Source: Guillardia theta CCMP2712 (taxonomy: Eukaryota; Protista; Cryptophyta). Taken from it: 64,000 bases of DNA. Shown here one piece after another: positions 45,801 through 63,176 of the stretch (position 1 is its first letter; every line of letters starts with the position of its first letter). Under the pieces are notes generated by a model. The model was not told where the DNA came from and ran no database searches. It was given only the letters and a program-made list of their open reading frames with translations. Both the position numbers and the translations under genes were made by a program. The DNA lies in contig NW_005434650.1 of NCBI RefSeq assembly GCF_000315625.1, positions 628,369-692,368 on the forward strand, in the 5' to 3' direction.

Positions 45801-48800
45801 AGGAGGAAGCAGCGAAGCTCAGGACGGAGAAGGAGGCAGCGGAGAAGAAAGCGAAGCAGAGGGTTAACGAGATCGACCGTCTAAAGCAGCTGTTAGAGGG
45901 TCTGGAGAAGAGGGAGGCGGTGCAGGAGAAGGAGCTGGCAAAGCTGCAGAAGATGTTCGAGGAGCGAGAGGTCAGGGGTCAGAACCGCGTCAGCGAGATC
46001 AGCCAGCTGAGAAACGAGATTGAATCCGCGCAGACATCCCTGTCGGACAACAGGGAGATGCTGCAGGAGCTGCTGAGGAGGAAGGAGGAGCTGCTGGGAG
46101 CCCTTCAGATGGCGACCGAGGAGCGAGAGGCAGCAGACGGGCAGGTTCACTTCCTTGAGATGCGCCTCAAGAACTTGTCGGTGCAGTCGGACTCGTCCCG
46201 ATCGCAGCGGGAGGTGCTGGAGAAGGCAGTGGAGGAGGCAGAGGAGGAAGGGAAGATCCTCTTGCAGCAGCTGAAAGACGCTGAGAGCAAGCGGGATGTG
46301 CACGTGAAGGCGCTGGAGGAGATGACAAGAGTGTTGGCCCAGGCTCAGGCAGATCTGCTGGAGAAATCCCACGCTCTGCAGAGCAGCAACTCCACGAAGG
46401 AGGAGATGGAGCAGAAACTGCGCGCTGACTACGACAGGGAAAGGATGCGAGCTCGAGACCTGGAGGAGAGGAGCAGCGAGCTGCAGAAGCTGCTGGAAGA
46501 GACGAAGAGAGAAGTGGAGGAGCGCAAGGAATCTTGTGCGAGCAGGGAGGAGGAACTGAAGCGCAGGATGAAGGAGAAGGAGATAGCAGCTGCTGACGCG
46601 GACACGCGCATTCAAGAGCTGGAGAAGATGGTCAAGGAAGCCGAGGTGAGACGGTTGATGGTGCTGCTGATTATGCTTGTGATGATGATGATGATGATGA
46701 TGATGACGACGACGACGACGACGATTATAATGATGCTGCTGATTACAGTGAATAATATAATTGTGGTGAATATGATGGATACGATGAATAAGATGATAAG
46801 AAATGTTGTCATGATGTTGTGATGATTGATGGATATGATGATGACTGTTATGTGCAGGAGCGATGGAGCTCTGTCGAGTCTGGGGAGGCGTCACAACATC
46901 AAAAACTTCTCGATCAGAAGTTGAAAGAGATCGAAAACAAGCGTGCGGAGCTGAAGGAGACGAAGAAGAAAGTATCTGACGTCTCATCTCAATCCGATGA
47001 GATATCTCGGGAGCTTGCTGGTGTGCAGGACGAGTACGCTAGAGACTATCGAACCAAGGTGACGTTGGCTGTTGTGGTAGTTCTATTAGTTGTTTTTCTA
47101 TTAGTTGGTTTGTATCAGTAGTTGTGCTGTCAGTAGTTGTCCTGTTTGTGCTATCAGTCGTTGTGCTATCAGTAGGTGTTGTATAGCATCAGCACTACTA
47201 TCAGCTGTTCTCACATCCGCTGTTGTTCTTTCTTCAGATGTTCTCGCTGATTACCATGATGATGACGATGTCCTGACGATGAGTTTCAGGTGGACCTTGA
47301 GAAGCAGCTCGAGAGGTCCCGCAAGGACCTTCTCGATCTTCGCAGCAAGCTCGCTCCTCTGCAGAAGGAGCAGCTGGTCTTGGAGGAGGAGATCCGCCGC
47401 CTCGAGGATCGTCAGTCGAACTCGTCCAAGCTAGCTGAGCAGCAGCTCGAGCAGCTGAAGCAGCTGAAAGACGATTACAGACAGGAGGAGACGATGAGGA
47501 GGGAGAGAGAGGCTGAGATCCTGTCGCTCCGCCGTACCCTCAACTCCAAGGACTTCTCGGCAGCCGAGCAGATTGCCGAGCTGGAGAGGCTGAGGAAGGA
47601 GGAAGGCAAGCGGCGGGAGGAGATGGAGAGTGCCCTGGCGAAGGCTAGAGGAGAGATGCCAGTGTACCAGAGGAGCGAGGAAGAGCTGAAGGCTGAGCTG
47701 GCGTCTGTGAAGGAGTCGATCGAGGAGCGAAAGTCCAACATCATCGACCTCCGTGATGAGCTCGGGCAGTGGAAGATCTCGGACGAGCTGCTGCGTGCTG
47801 AGCAGGCGGAGCTGCAGGAGGAGCTGAACGAGATGAAGTCCAACCAAGACGGCTGGGCAGAGAGGAGGGAGATGGTGGAGAAGGAGATACGCAGTCTGCA
47901 TGAGGAGGAGGATCACCTGAACGATCTGGAGCAGAAGCTGAAGGAAAGGCTGCAGAAGTTCGAGGAGGAGAAGGACGCGAAGTCACAGACGAGGAAAGAC
48001 CTCGAGAGCGCTCTGAACACTCTGATGGAGGAGGTGGAGGCGCTGGACGAAGCATGCAGGAAGCTGAGCGACGAGGTGCACGAGGCGTCGAACAGGAAGC
48101 ACGAGTCTCGTCAGAAGAAGGAGAGGCTGGAGAGAGACGTGCAGTCGCTGCGGTCGGAGATCGAGGAGCTTGAAGGTGTGGAGGAGAGTGAGCAGTCGAA
48201 GCTCGCGGCGAGGAAGGAGGAGCTGGAGACGAAGAACCAGCGGCTGCAGGAGGAGCGGAAGGAGATTGAGAAGCAGCTCCTTGAGATGGAGGAGACGGAG
48301 AGAGCGTTGGCTGCCGAGGCAGCAGAGGTCAGGAAGCAGCACGTCGAGGCGGAGAAGGCGAAAGCCATGGCCTTGGCGGAGCAGGAGGAGCTGAGGTCGC
48401 AGCAGCAGGAGCTGGACGCTCAACGACGCAGCGTCGAAGATGAAATCTCAGAGCTGAGAAAGCACCTCGAGGAGCGGCGGAAGCTGAACGAGGACGCTGA
48501 GAGCTACGCGAAGTCGCTGCGGGAAGCTCGTCAGGATGCGGAGGAGAGGGCGGAGGAGAGCAAGAGAGCGCTGGAGGGCATCGAGAGGGAGAAGGAGCAG
48601 GCAGAGAAGTCGATCCAGGCGTCACGAGAGGCGATCGAGAGGACCGAGAAGGAGGTGCAGAAGATGCAGCAGGCGAGGAGCTGGAGGATTTCTGTTGGCT
48701 GTGTTTGACATTTTTCTTTCAGATCGCAAGTGACATGCAGACGGTCCATGAGAAACTTGAGGAGCAGAAGAGAGAGCTCGCCTCAGCTGACGCCCAGCAC

Positions 48801-50363
48801 AGAGAGAAGATGCAGGAGCTGCAGGCAGTGGCAGAGGAGCGGAGGAGAAAGGTGAGGACGAGGACGAGGACGAGGATGGGGACGAGGATGGGGAGGGGGC
48901 GAAGGGGTGGAGGGGGAGGAGAATGGACAGATGGGAAGTGTGGGGGCTGAGGAGAGGAGGAGGACCACTTTCACACTCTCGAGCAGGAGAAGGAGCAGCA
49001 GGAGCAGATTGCTGCTATGGAGGATGAGCGACAGAGAGAGGAGGAGAAGCTGCGGGAGCAGAAGACAAACTTGCAGAGATTAGAAGCTGAAAAAGCTTCC
49101 CTGGATGCAAAGTATTCCCGAGAAGCCGAGAGGAAGGAGCGAATGGAGAAAGAGAAGGTCAGAGGAGGAGAGGAGGAGGGGGGACATTGAGGGGAGGGGA
49201 GGAAAGAGGGAAGGGAGAGGAGTGAGTGAGCGGAGGAGAGGAGAGGGGAGAGGGGAGAGGGGAGAGGGGAGAGGGGAGAGGGGAGGGAAGGGGAGGGAAG
49301 GGGAGGGGGAAAGGGGAGGGGAGAGAAGAGGGGAGAGGCTTGCAGCGGAGGGGAGGGGAAGGGAGCGGACGCAGCCCGCTAAACGTGATGACTGGCAGGG
49401 CGAGCACGAGGAGAAGATGAAGAAGCTCAAGGATGACTTTGAGAGAGTGCAGAAGGAGAAGGTCCAGCTGAGAAGTTTGCGGTGGTCAACTTATGGCGAG
49501 CAGGTGGAGCTGGAGGACCGTCAACATGCGATGGAGAAGCAACTGCAGCAGGTCCTGCAGGATCGGCAGGCGCTCGCAAAGAAGGAGGAGGAGAGGGCGG
49601 AGAAGCTAGCGCGAGCGAGGGCAGAGCGTGAGGAGGCGGAGCAGATTGAAGCAGAGGTGAGAGGAATGAGGATGGAGATTGTCTGCTGAGCGGTTGAGCA
49701 GGAGGAGCGGGAGTTGAAACAGCTGCAAGACTATACGAGGCAGCTGAAGGAGCAGGTGGGGGAGGACAGAGAAGTCAGAGGAGGGTTGAAGATGGCTGTT
49801 GTAGGCGGCGAGCAGGATCAGCGACCTTGACGTGTTGAGGAAGCAGCACATGGAAGAGGAGAAGAGGCAGAGAGAACATGAATCCGCGCTCGATAATGTG
49901 ACAGACACTTTCCTCCTCCTCCTCCTCTGCTCCTCCTCCTCTGCTCCTCCTCCTCTGCTCCTCCTCTTCTGCTCCTATTCCTCGATTCCTCCTCCTGCTC
50001 TGGTCCTCTTCACGTGCCCTCAAAATTCTCATCCATGCGCGTTCTGAATCTGACCTGTTCAAATCTCTCAGCTACGAAGGATGAAGCTGGAGAAGGAGAA
50101 AAGAGATCTTGAGCACTTGCAGGTATCCTCTTCTTCCCGCACTCTCTCCTCCATTCACTCCTCCTCCTCCTTCCACCACGAGCTCCTCCCATCTTCTCCT
50201 CCCTCCTCCCCCTCCTCTTTAGAATTCCTTCCCCGCCAACCTTGGTCGACGCAGGAGCTCGAGAAGCTGCAGAAGGAGAAGGAAAGGCTGGACAAGCGCG
50301 AGGCTGAGCAGATGGCGGCCAAGGAGAAGCTGAAGAACGAGATGAGCAAGAAGAACAAGGTGA

Positions 50364-50406
<43 letters not shown>

Positions 50407-51789
50407 CTCTCTCACCCTCGCCTCTGCCTGTTCCTCGACTTCCCTCAACCTTACGTTTTTACCCTGTTTGGTCCTAGTCCTCGTCCTAGTCCTAGTCCTC
50501 GTCCTCGTCTTTCTTTTCTGCCCCTCCCCTTCTGCTTCTTTCCTGACTGTTCCTGACTCAGGTGGACGACGATGCTCAGTCTGTCATGAGCGATGCCACC
50601 ATGGACACGATGGTGAAGTTCTTCCTATTCCTATACTCCTTCCTCGTCCTTGGCGCACGCTCCTCCTTTGCCCCTCCCTCCCTTCTCATTTCCTCCTCGC
50701 CGTTCCTTTCCTCCTCTTGTTCTGCTCCTTGCCTCTTCCTCCTCTTCCCATTTCCTCCTCCTCTTTGTCTCATCCTCTTCTGTCCTGCTCATCTCTGCTC
50801 CTCCTCGCATCCCTTCTCTCCACCTGACTATCCGCCGACAGGCCTCGGAGGAGCCTGACCGAGCAGCCGAGGAGCTCAATGAGGCGGAGAAGCAGCAGTG
50901 GGCGAAGGAGGGCAAGTCAGAGCTCGACAAGAAGTACTTCGGCATCTTCTCGCGAGCTCGTCACGGCCGCTATCACGACTGCGAGAGGATTCTGCTCACT
51001 GAGGTGAAAAGAGGAGAGAAGGAAGAAGCGGGGCAAGAGGAGTAGCAGGAAGGAGAGGACAGAGAAGGGAAGGAGGACAAGGAGGACGAGGACTAGGACA
51101 GAAAGAAGGAGGACGAGGACAACGAAGAGGACGAGGGGGTTGATCTAACATGCATCACGCAGGTTGATGGGAAGAAAGTTCCTGTGGACGTTCGGGATGA
51201 GAACGGCAACACACCTCTCATCGTTGCTTCCCAGAACAATCGCAAGAGAGTTGCGAAACTTTTCCTTCGCAACAAGGCTGACATCAACGCAATTAATGTC
51301 CACGGGAACACTTGCCTGCACTACTGCTTCACTTACGGGTCTCTTTCCTTCCTGGAATCGTTCTCCTCCCCTTCTCTCCTCTCCTCTCCTCTCCTCCGTT
51401 CTTCATCCTCCCTCCAATCTTCTCCCTGCTGCCATTCTTCGCTGACAACATCCCCCCCTTGCTCTTGCGCTCAGCCACTGCTCCTCTGATCCTCGCGTAG
51501 GTACGGTGAGCTTGGTGACTATCTTATCTCCAAGGGAGCCAACGATGGTGAGCAGAGGATGAGAAGGAGGGGAAATGAAAAAGAGGAGAGGGAGGAGACT
51601 GTCATAGAGGAGGAGAGGGAGGAGGAGATTGTCATAGATTGACATCTTTTCAGCGTTGAAGAACAAGAATGGCCTGACATGCTACGACGGACTGGATCAG
51701 ACCCGACAGGTGAGTTCAAGAGAAAGAGGCCAAAGAATTTTGACGTGCGACAGGCGTCTGCGGTACGTCCTCGGAGCAAGATGAAATGA
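42858..51789 (+). CDS. Very large coiled-coil protein with C-terminal ankyrin repeats; multi-exon
   Basis: E/K/Q-rich heptad ORFs 44090-46822 and 47290-48708 plus smaller exons; terminal DVRDENGNTPLIVASQNN..GNTCLHYCFTYG|YGELGDYLISKGAND|..GLTCYDGL..KMK*. Confidence 0.75.
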
Positions 51790-52365
51790 GTACGAAACGG
51801 TTGAGGGATGGGTGTGAAGCAGATCGAGGAGAATGAGATGTAGATAGGTGTGTACACAAGATGTATGATGTTATAAGTGAAGGTTCGAAGGAGAGGAGAT
51901 TATCACACGAGATTTAATTGCAAGAGAGTTAACCTGGATCTACGACAAAGCAGGAAAGACTTAAAATTCCTGTCTTCCCTTCCCACGCTGATTGTTCTGA
52001 GGATGAAAGACATGTGCTAGCTAACTTAGGGGCAGACGCTACAAGCACAGGATGAGGAACCCAACACCTACCGCTGGAAACATCAACGTCGTCGTGCCAA
52101 CCAGCCACCCTCCCTTCCTCCCGGCATGCACGAGTTCTCTTGTGTATGTAGTTGCAACACTCTTCACAATCACTATGAGAAACCATCTTCACCGCCCGTT
52201 ATCGCTGCAGCCTTGAGGTTCCAGGCACGATCATACGCTGCTGACGTAACCCAGGGCAACAACCTTGCAGATTAAAATCTCGAGTCTCCTTAACAAGGAA
52301 TGACCACTCGCACGCTTGCTTGTGATCAGGGCATTCAACAATCGCCCTTGCAGGGTCACGGACCC

Positions 52366-52758
52366 TTAGAAACCGTGAACCTTCACGCTGTCCTTGTCGC
52401 AGATCTCTTCCTTGATCAGGAAGGTCTTGACAGCTTCGCGCTGGTCACCCTGGAACTGCAGAACTTCCTTGCCAGATTCTTCGTCCTTAAGAACAGTGCC
52501 GTTGCAGCAATGCTCCTTCTTGATGGCCTTCTGAATCTTCTTCAAATCGAGCTTCTGAGAGAGACCAGTGACAGTCGTGATAGACTTGCGACCGTTTCTC
52601 TGCTGGATGCGAATGTGCACGTAGCCTTGTTCAAGCTTTTCACCAGTATCAGCAGTGGCGGCGTCCGCGAATGGATCTGACAAAGGCAGTGATGAGAACA
52701 AGTTGTGACACAGAGGTTGACACTTACCAAAGGGAGCAGCCAATCCAACGCTCGACAT
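52366..52758 (-). CDS. SUI1: Translation initiation factor eIF1 (one in-frame intron ~52678-52727)
   Basis: DPFAD..YVHIRIQQRNGRKSITTVTGL..CCNGTV..LQFQGDQR..KVHGF*. Confidence 0.97.
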   Translation of the reverse strand: MSSVGLAAPFGKCQPLCHNLFSSLPLSDPFADAATADTGEKLEQGYVHIRIQQRNGRKSITTVTGLSQKLDLKKIQKAIKKEHCCNGTVLKDEESGKEVLQFQGDQREAVKTFLIKEEICDKDSVKVHGF

Positions 52759-54154
52759 GCAAAGATCTCTCGCTTTTTAAGCGCTGCACATCAATTGTCA
52801 CAACTTGCAGTTTCTCAAGTCATTCTGGAATTCTCCATAAATTTTGACACCGACGCGAAACAGATACATCGAAGCTGCTACTCAGACATATGCATATCCA
52901 TATCCTTGCTGAAGACCATGAATCTAAGCATATCTGGAAAACTGTACGACTTCCAGCATTTGTACAGGAATTGATTTGGACCTGAAAGTTCTATCCAACA
53001 TCCGACACTTTTCTTCCTATCTTCATACATTACAATAAACCTTCTTCCAAAATGTCATAAAGTTGCACCAATAACTAGTCTCACCCTGGAAGTACAAAAA
53101 TCTATCAAAAGTATGCATTTGAGCTTGTTTCGCATGAAGACCGCGTTCACGCATGTCCCTCCTCTTTCAACATTTCCGCTGATCTCATCTCTTTTCGCCA
53201 GTCATGTTCCTTCCTCTCACTCCTTCTCTTCTCCTCCTCTCTCCTCCTCCTCCATCTTGTTCCCGTATGGCTCGTGCGGCATGAAACAGGCAAGCGGGAC
53301 ACCTCAACAACAACCACCCTACCTACTCCCACTATGTGACCCGTCCTCCCACCCACCCACCCTTAGTATTAAGGCTGACGTGTTGTGAACCTACTGATTT
53401 CCTACACTTTTTGTGTTTGAAGTACCCCTCCTTTATCACCCTACCCATATTGTATGAGACACTTGAATACTACCCACCCCATCATTACCCCTTAGTTGAT
53501 GACCCCACCTACCTGATCGTCAGATCATTCCGGCTGGACACCCTCCTGATACCCCTCCCATCCCCCAATGATACCCCACCGTTCCAGAACACATCCTCTA
53601 CTACCCCTGCCCCCCCCCCTTGTTTTTCTCGGACCAAAAAATCCTTGCCAATGGTGGAGTAAGGGGTGGGGTAGTTTGAGTAGATGTAGTTAAAAATTTT
53701 TAACTTGCATTTTGGGTACTATACTAGGTACACAAATTATATACAAAAATAAAATATATATATATATGTGTTCCTAGAAAAACAAAGGTCTCCAGTACCA
53801 CGGTTAAATATAATGTAATTATTTGGTAGATTTTACTATGTATACTTGAATCCAGAGTCTATTGGAAGGAGAATTTAAAATATCTTTTTGATGTCCCGAA
53901 AATAGAGAAAAATTTGGAGAATGTCAGGGGATGAGGGTTTCGAGATAGTAAGTGAGGGGACGAGGGCTAGATCGAACCCGATTGTCATGTCAAGGAATGG
54001 GCGTATGCAGGATCTGAAGACATCAGGAGGGAAGACGATGAGAGAGGAGGAGAGAGGGGGAAAGGAGAGAGGAAAGTGAGAGATAGAAGGTTACAGAGAC
54101 AAGGGGAGGGGAGGAGAAGTCTTGATTGGACGTGGACTGACCAAGAAACGGGAC

Positions 54155-54950
54155 ATGGAAGAAGGCAAGAGAAAGAAAATGAGGGCAAGTTTTGACGGCC
54201 CGGATGAACAAATCGAGGTAGCTCAAGTACTTGACGATTGGGTCAAGGTTGAAAAGATGAACTCTGGAAGTGAAGACGCTGGAAAGAATCTTTTCATGTC
54301 GTTGGAAGAAGCGTTTTACAAAGCATTCATCCTACATGAGTTGCAGATCCGTGCACAAGGCCAGGAGCACAAGTTCATCGATCGGGCAGAAGCGTGGAAG
54401 TTGTTTTCAGAGCGGAGCGTCGAATTTCAGAGGAATTTTATAGTCTATCATCATTACAGTCAGCGAGAATGGAGATTGATACAAGGGACCAAATACGGCT
54501 GCTCTTTCCTCCTGTACCCGAAGAGTGAAAGCAGCAATGACGACAGGCACAAACATGCTCCTTATGCGGTTCAGATCCTCCCTGACGGCAACAATTGCAT
54601 GACATGGCTGGGAGTTCAGAGGTCGAGCAGACTTGCAGGACAGGTTTGATGCATATGACGCGCATGAGAGGCTGACATGAAGATCCAAGGTGTCCAAGGA
54701 ACTGATTATTGCGAGTGTGGATTATGCGGCAACTGATCGAGAAAGGTGCTTGAAGAGGCTGAAAAAGCTGCCCCCTCCCCGTCCCGTATCTTTCTCTTCC
54801 TCTCCCCCTCCCCTCTCCCTCCTGTGTCTCCATAACCGAATTTCTGTTTGTGAGATGAAGAGCAGGTCGGCGATTTCCTTTGAGGAAGCATGCCAGGCGA
54901 AAGTGAGGGAGATCAAGGTTGCGAGATGGGAACCAGGGCGAGATCGGTAG
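54155..54950 (+). CDS. SEN2: tRNA-splicing endonuclease catalytic subunit (Sen2-like)
   Basis: LFMSLEEAFY, VYHHY..W..GTKYGCSFLLY, HAPYAV, RLAGQ|VSKEL (Tyr-His-Lys triad), terminal VARWEPGRDR*. Confidence 0.85.
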
Positions 54951-55002
54951 CACATCGTTGTTGAGGACACGAACTTCACTGTCATTGAAAGCAAGTCTGT
55001 CC

Positions 55003-59192
<4,190 letters not shown>

Positions 59193-59292
59193 NNNNNNNN
59201 NNNNNNNNNNNNNNNNNNNNNNNNNNNNNNNNNNNNNNNNNNNNNNNNNNNNNNNNNNNNNNNNNNNNNNNNNNNNNNNNNNNNNNNNNNNN
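59193..59292. other. Assembly gap (100 N) followed by a poly-C tract
   Basis: Run of n. Confidence 1.
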
Positions 59293-59929
59293 CGACTTTC
59301 CCCCCCCCCCCCCCCCCCTCCCCCCGCCTGTGCAGCATGAGGACCTAACTTCACCTAACTTGATTGTATCCAAATGCCTTGCTATCGTAGCTTGTCCCTG
59401 ATCCACTTTTGTTCTCACGTTGTTTCCAAGTACTCATCTTCATCCTACATCCTGGCATACTTACATTAAAATGACATGCGCCATCCGCATGCTGCCAGGT
59501 AGTACAATTCTACACTGTTCTTCTTTCCTTTCCTCCTCCTCTTGTTTACACGAATGCTCCTCAAAAAAGATTACTATTCGGCTACATGTGAACTCACTGT
59601 TGCAACCACCCTTGCGACACCCTCTGTGTAGCCCTAGGGTACACCTGATCTCCAGGGGTTTTCATGCTTCTGTTCGACTTTTCTCGTCCTTGCATTACGT
59701 TTGCACTGCCTCACTGCTTCCCTTGTTTCCCTCATTCACCTCTACCCTCGTCCTTCACTCCTCCTCTTCAGTGTTGCAACTTTTCTCTGCACCTTCCTCC
59801 TTCGCTTCGCTCCCTTCAACACATCGTGCCGACCATCTCCCGCACCCGCTCCCTCTTCGCCGTCTCTGTTTCCCCTCGTTCACGTTCGCATCTCATCTTG
59901 CGTACTGGGAGTTCGGACTACATTGAGCC

Positions 59930-60440
59930 CTGCCACCCTACCCCAATATGTAACCCACCACCCCTGTATTTCAGAATACCCTCGAACCACAACTGTTTCA
60001 TTTCTGACTACCCCATTTTTCTCTGTCCACTACCCCTGTTCAGACCAGGCTTCCAGCAAGGCTTCACAGCCCACCCACTAAAGAGTGTCTACCACCCCAT
60101 CGTTCCTCTGCTGAATCTCCCCCACCCCTCGTTATCTCATCCTTGCATTTCCGATCCCCAACTTCACCCACCCTACCCTAGCTAAGCTTGTACTTCACCC
60201 CTACCCCCTCAATCCCAGATCACTACCCCCAGGATGTTCTGAATACCCCCTTCAACTGATGTTCCTCTGTAAGGGTACCCCTACCATCTCCTTATGTCTA
60301 GTGAGCTATTCCTCGAAACACCTTGATGACCCCACCCCACCTCTCCTTTCCTTTCCACCTGTACACCTGGATACCCCTACCCCCCAGATAACATGTATAG
60401 GTACCGGTATCTGGAGAACCTCAATGGACAACCCCTACCC
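59930..60440. promoter_or_regulatory. TACCCC/ACCCCTACCC-rich upstream block (complement of the GGGGTA block)
   Basis: Repeated accctacccc/tacccc motifs upstream of BI-1; function inferred only from position. Confidence 0.35.
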
Positions 60441-60769
60441 ATATTTTTGCATATTAAAGGACGGGTCTGTATGGCTCTGACCCGAAGTCACTCAGTCACT
60501 CCAGGCCATCGGGCCGACAGCGGCTGCGCCGGTTGAAATTTGAGGCCAAACTTCAGATTCTATAGCCATATTTGAAATTTTGATTAATATTTTCAGTATT
60601 TCTAACTCCCATTTCATATTCAATATTGAAGATACAATGAGAATATAAGGCTTCAAATTTCAAATATTAAACCAATAATTCTGAAATTGTCCTTCGCAAC
60701 CCTTCGCTTGATGGCGAAATGTGATTTCTGGCTAGGGAACAAGAACTGATGGAAGGGAGGGGAGGACAT

Positions 60770-60862
60770 TACAGTACAGTACAGGACAGGACAGGACAGG
60801 ACAGGACAGGAGAGGACAGGACAGGACAGGACAGGACGGAAGAGGAGAGGAGAGGAGAGGAG
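60770..60862. repeat. (ACAGG)n pentanucleotide microsatellite grading into (AGAGG)n
   Basis: Visible acagt/acagg/agagg tandem array. Confidence 0.9.
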
Positions 60863-61252
60863 GAAGAAAGGGAGGGAGGAAATGGAGAAAGGAAGTAGAA
60901 GGTTAGGAACATAAGGCAAACTAGTTGATGAATGGAACAACAAGAAAGGCGAGGAGATGGCTGGACTGTCCGGGTCTATCAAGAGGGATGGATAGGAAGG
61001 TTCATGACAACAGAACTGCGAGGCGCTAGAGGAGGAGTCATTACAGATTAGACTCATGGCGCTTATTATCAGGAGCCGAGTCAGGTGTTAGCCAAGAATG
61101 GTAGAAAACGATAGAATGCTAATGCCCCCCGCCCCTGTTGTCTGCTCATATAAGTGAGGGTCGCTCACGCCTTTGTAGGCAGGAGCCGTTGAACAGCAGG
61201 AGACATCAGGTAGAGGCTTCACTTGGCTGACATAACCGAGCCCCCTCTCACC

Positions 61253-62249
61253 ATGAGCTCTGAAACCGAACCCATGCTGGGATCCAGTGGGTCGAGGAAG
61301 GTGGAGCGTCCACAGAACTGGAAGGACGCAACCAACTCGGGATGGCAAGCGCCGGTGTATGAGAGCGAGACCGTCCGCAAGCAGGTGCAGAAGGACTTCT
61401 TGATCAAGGTGTACAGCATCTTGTGCGCACAGCTCCTTGTCACCACCCTCATCTGCGCTCTCTTCGTGTTCGCGGAGCCAGTGACTTACTTTGTGCTGGG
61501 GAACATCTGGCTGACGCTCCTGCTCTTCATCGTCAACCTTTTCGTCATCATCGCGCTGTGGTTCCTCAAGAACACCTATCCTTGGAACTACATCCTCCTC
61601 GGTGTCTTCACCCTGTCCATGGGCTTCATGGTGGGGGTGACCTGCGCTGCCTACACGGTCAACGGGATGGGATACAACATCGCGTTCGCGGCCTTGCTGA
61701 CGCTCGTGATCTTCGTGTCCTTGACTGTGTTCGTTTCTGTCTCGGACATCGACTTCAGCTTCCTTGGACTGTTCCTTCCTGTTTGCTTGATCGTCCTCCT
61801 GGTCTGGTCCTTGTTCGCCATTATCTTCGGCTTCCAGTATGTCTCCTCCTCCACCTCTACCACCACCACCTCCTCCTCCTCCTCCTCCTCCTCTTCCTTA
61901 CCTCCTCCGTCTTCTCTTTATCCTCGTCCTTGCCCCTTCTTCCTCTGCTTTTCTCTCCCCTCCTTTCCTTTCACGTACCTTCCCTTACCTCTAGTCTCCT
62001 CCTTGCTGCTCCCTCCCTCCCCCCCTCTTACTCTCCCCTCCTCTTGCTCATGCTCCCTTCCTCAGGTTGGGGATGCTTTTCGGCGCTATCGGGGCGCTAC
62101 TGTTTTCCGGCTTCATCATTTACGACACGTGGATGATCATGAACAAGATGGGATGCGACGACTATATCATCGCCTCCATCGAGCTCTACCTCGACGTGAT
62201 CAACCTCTTCAGCATGCTGCTCTTGGTGATGGGAGGCGGCGACAGCTGA
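61253..62249 (+). CDS. Bax inhibitor-1 / TMBIM (Lifeguard/GAAP-like) membrane protein; intron ~61838-62065
   Basis: FLIKVYSILCAQLLVT, YPWNYILLGVFT, LFSGFIIYDT, DDYIIASIELYLDVINLF; ~7 hydrophobic segments. Confidence 0.93.
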
Positions 62250-62611
62250 GGAGGAAGGGTGCAGGAGGAGGAGGAGGAGGAGGAGGAGGAGGAGGAGGAG
62301 GAGAAGCGGCGGGCGGGTAACGGCAGGGCGAGGACGCTGCTGTGGACGAGTTCTAGTTTACAGGAAGAAACTTTTGGTGAAGTAAAGGAGGATTGCAAGA
62401 AGAGCTATGACGGAGGAGAGGACGACGAGGCTGTTCCCTCCCCCACCCTTCATCTCCTGCCCAGTCGGCACAACCTCCCCCTTCATCGCTTCCGTAGCTG
62501 CCTGTTGAAACCTCATTCGCTCTTCCATGCAGGAGGTGAGCAGTACCGCTGATGGAGAGGACTTGCTCTTCTTCTTCTTCTCCTTCCTCACTTTCGATGA
62601 CTGCATCCTCG

Positions 62612-62829
62612 TCACTTCTCCCTCCCTCTCTCCTCTTCCTTCAACCCCCCCCCCCTTCCTCTCCCTGCTGACTTTCCCTCCCTCTTCTCTTCACATTTGT
62701 CTTTACCTTCTCTACCGCCGTCATGTTCGCCTCTGGCCTGAGGAGAACAAATGAGCAACAACAAAAATAGATTGGGACAATCTGCAGCAGACTGCACGGG
62801 AAAGGGGAAGCAGAGGAGATAGGAGGTGG

Positions 62830-62877
<48 letters not shown>

Positions 62878-63129
62878 GGAGGAGGAGGAGGAGGAGGTAG
62901 TGGTGGTGGTGGTGGAAGAGACGTACTTGTCCAGCACTTCAAGTAGGGTGACCCATCCGTCCATCGACCCCATTGCTACGAACTTGCCGCGCACATGCAG
63001 GCAGGAAGCAGCATCCGCATCCTCAGGCACCACATGATACAGAAGCTCTTTCGTCACCTGTGTGATTTCTCCTCACCTCCCAACCAACATCCACCCTTTC
63101 CGCTCTTCTCCTCCTCCCTCCTGCTCCTT

Positions 63130-63176
<47 letters not shown>

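Noticed and set aside
45893-46987. Long His/Leu-rich antisense ORFs over the coiled-coil gene (also 43709-44611)
   Set aside because: Shadow frames of GAG/AAG/CAG-rich coding sequence and (gat)n introns.
61253-62249. Cell-death gene cluster (BI-1, PIG3-like, MLKL-like)
   Set aside because: The genes are 20-45 kb apart among unrelated housekeeping genes, and BI-1 and MDR reductases are ubiquitous.
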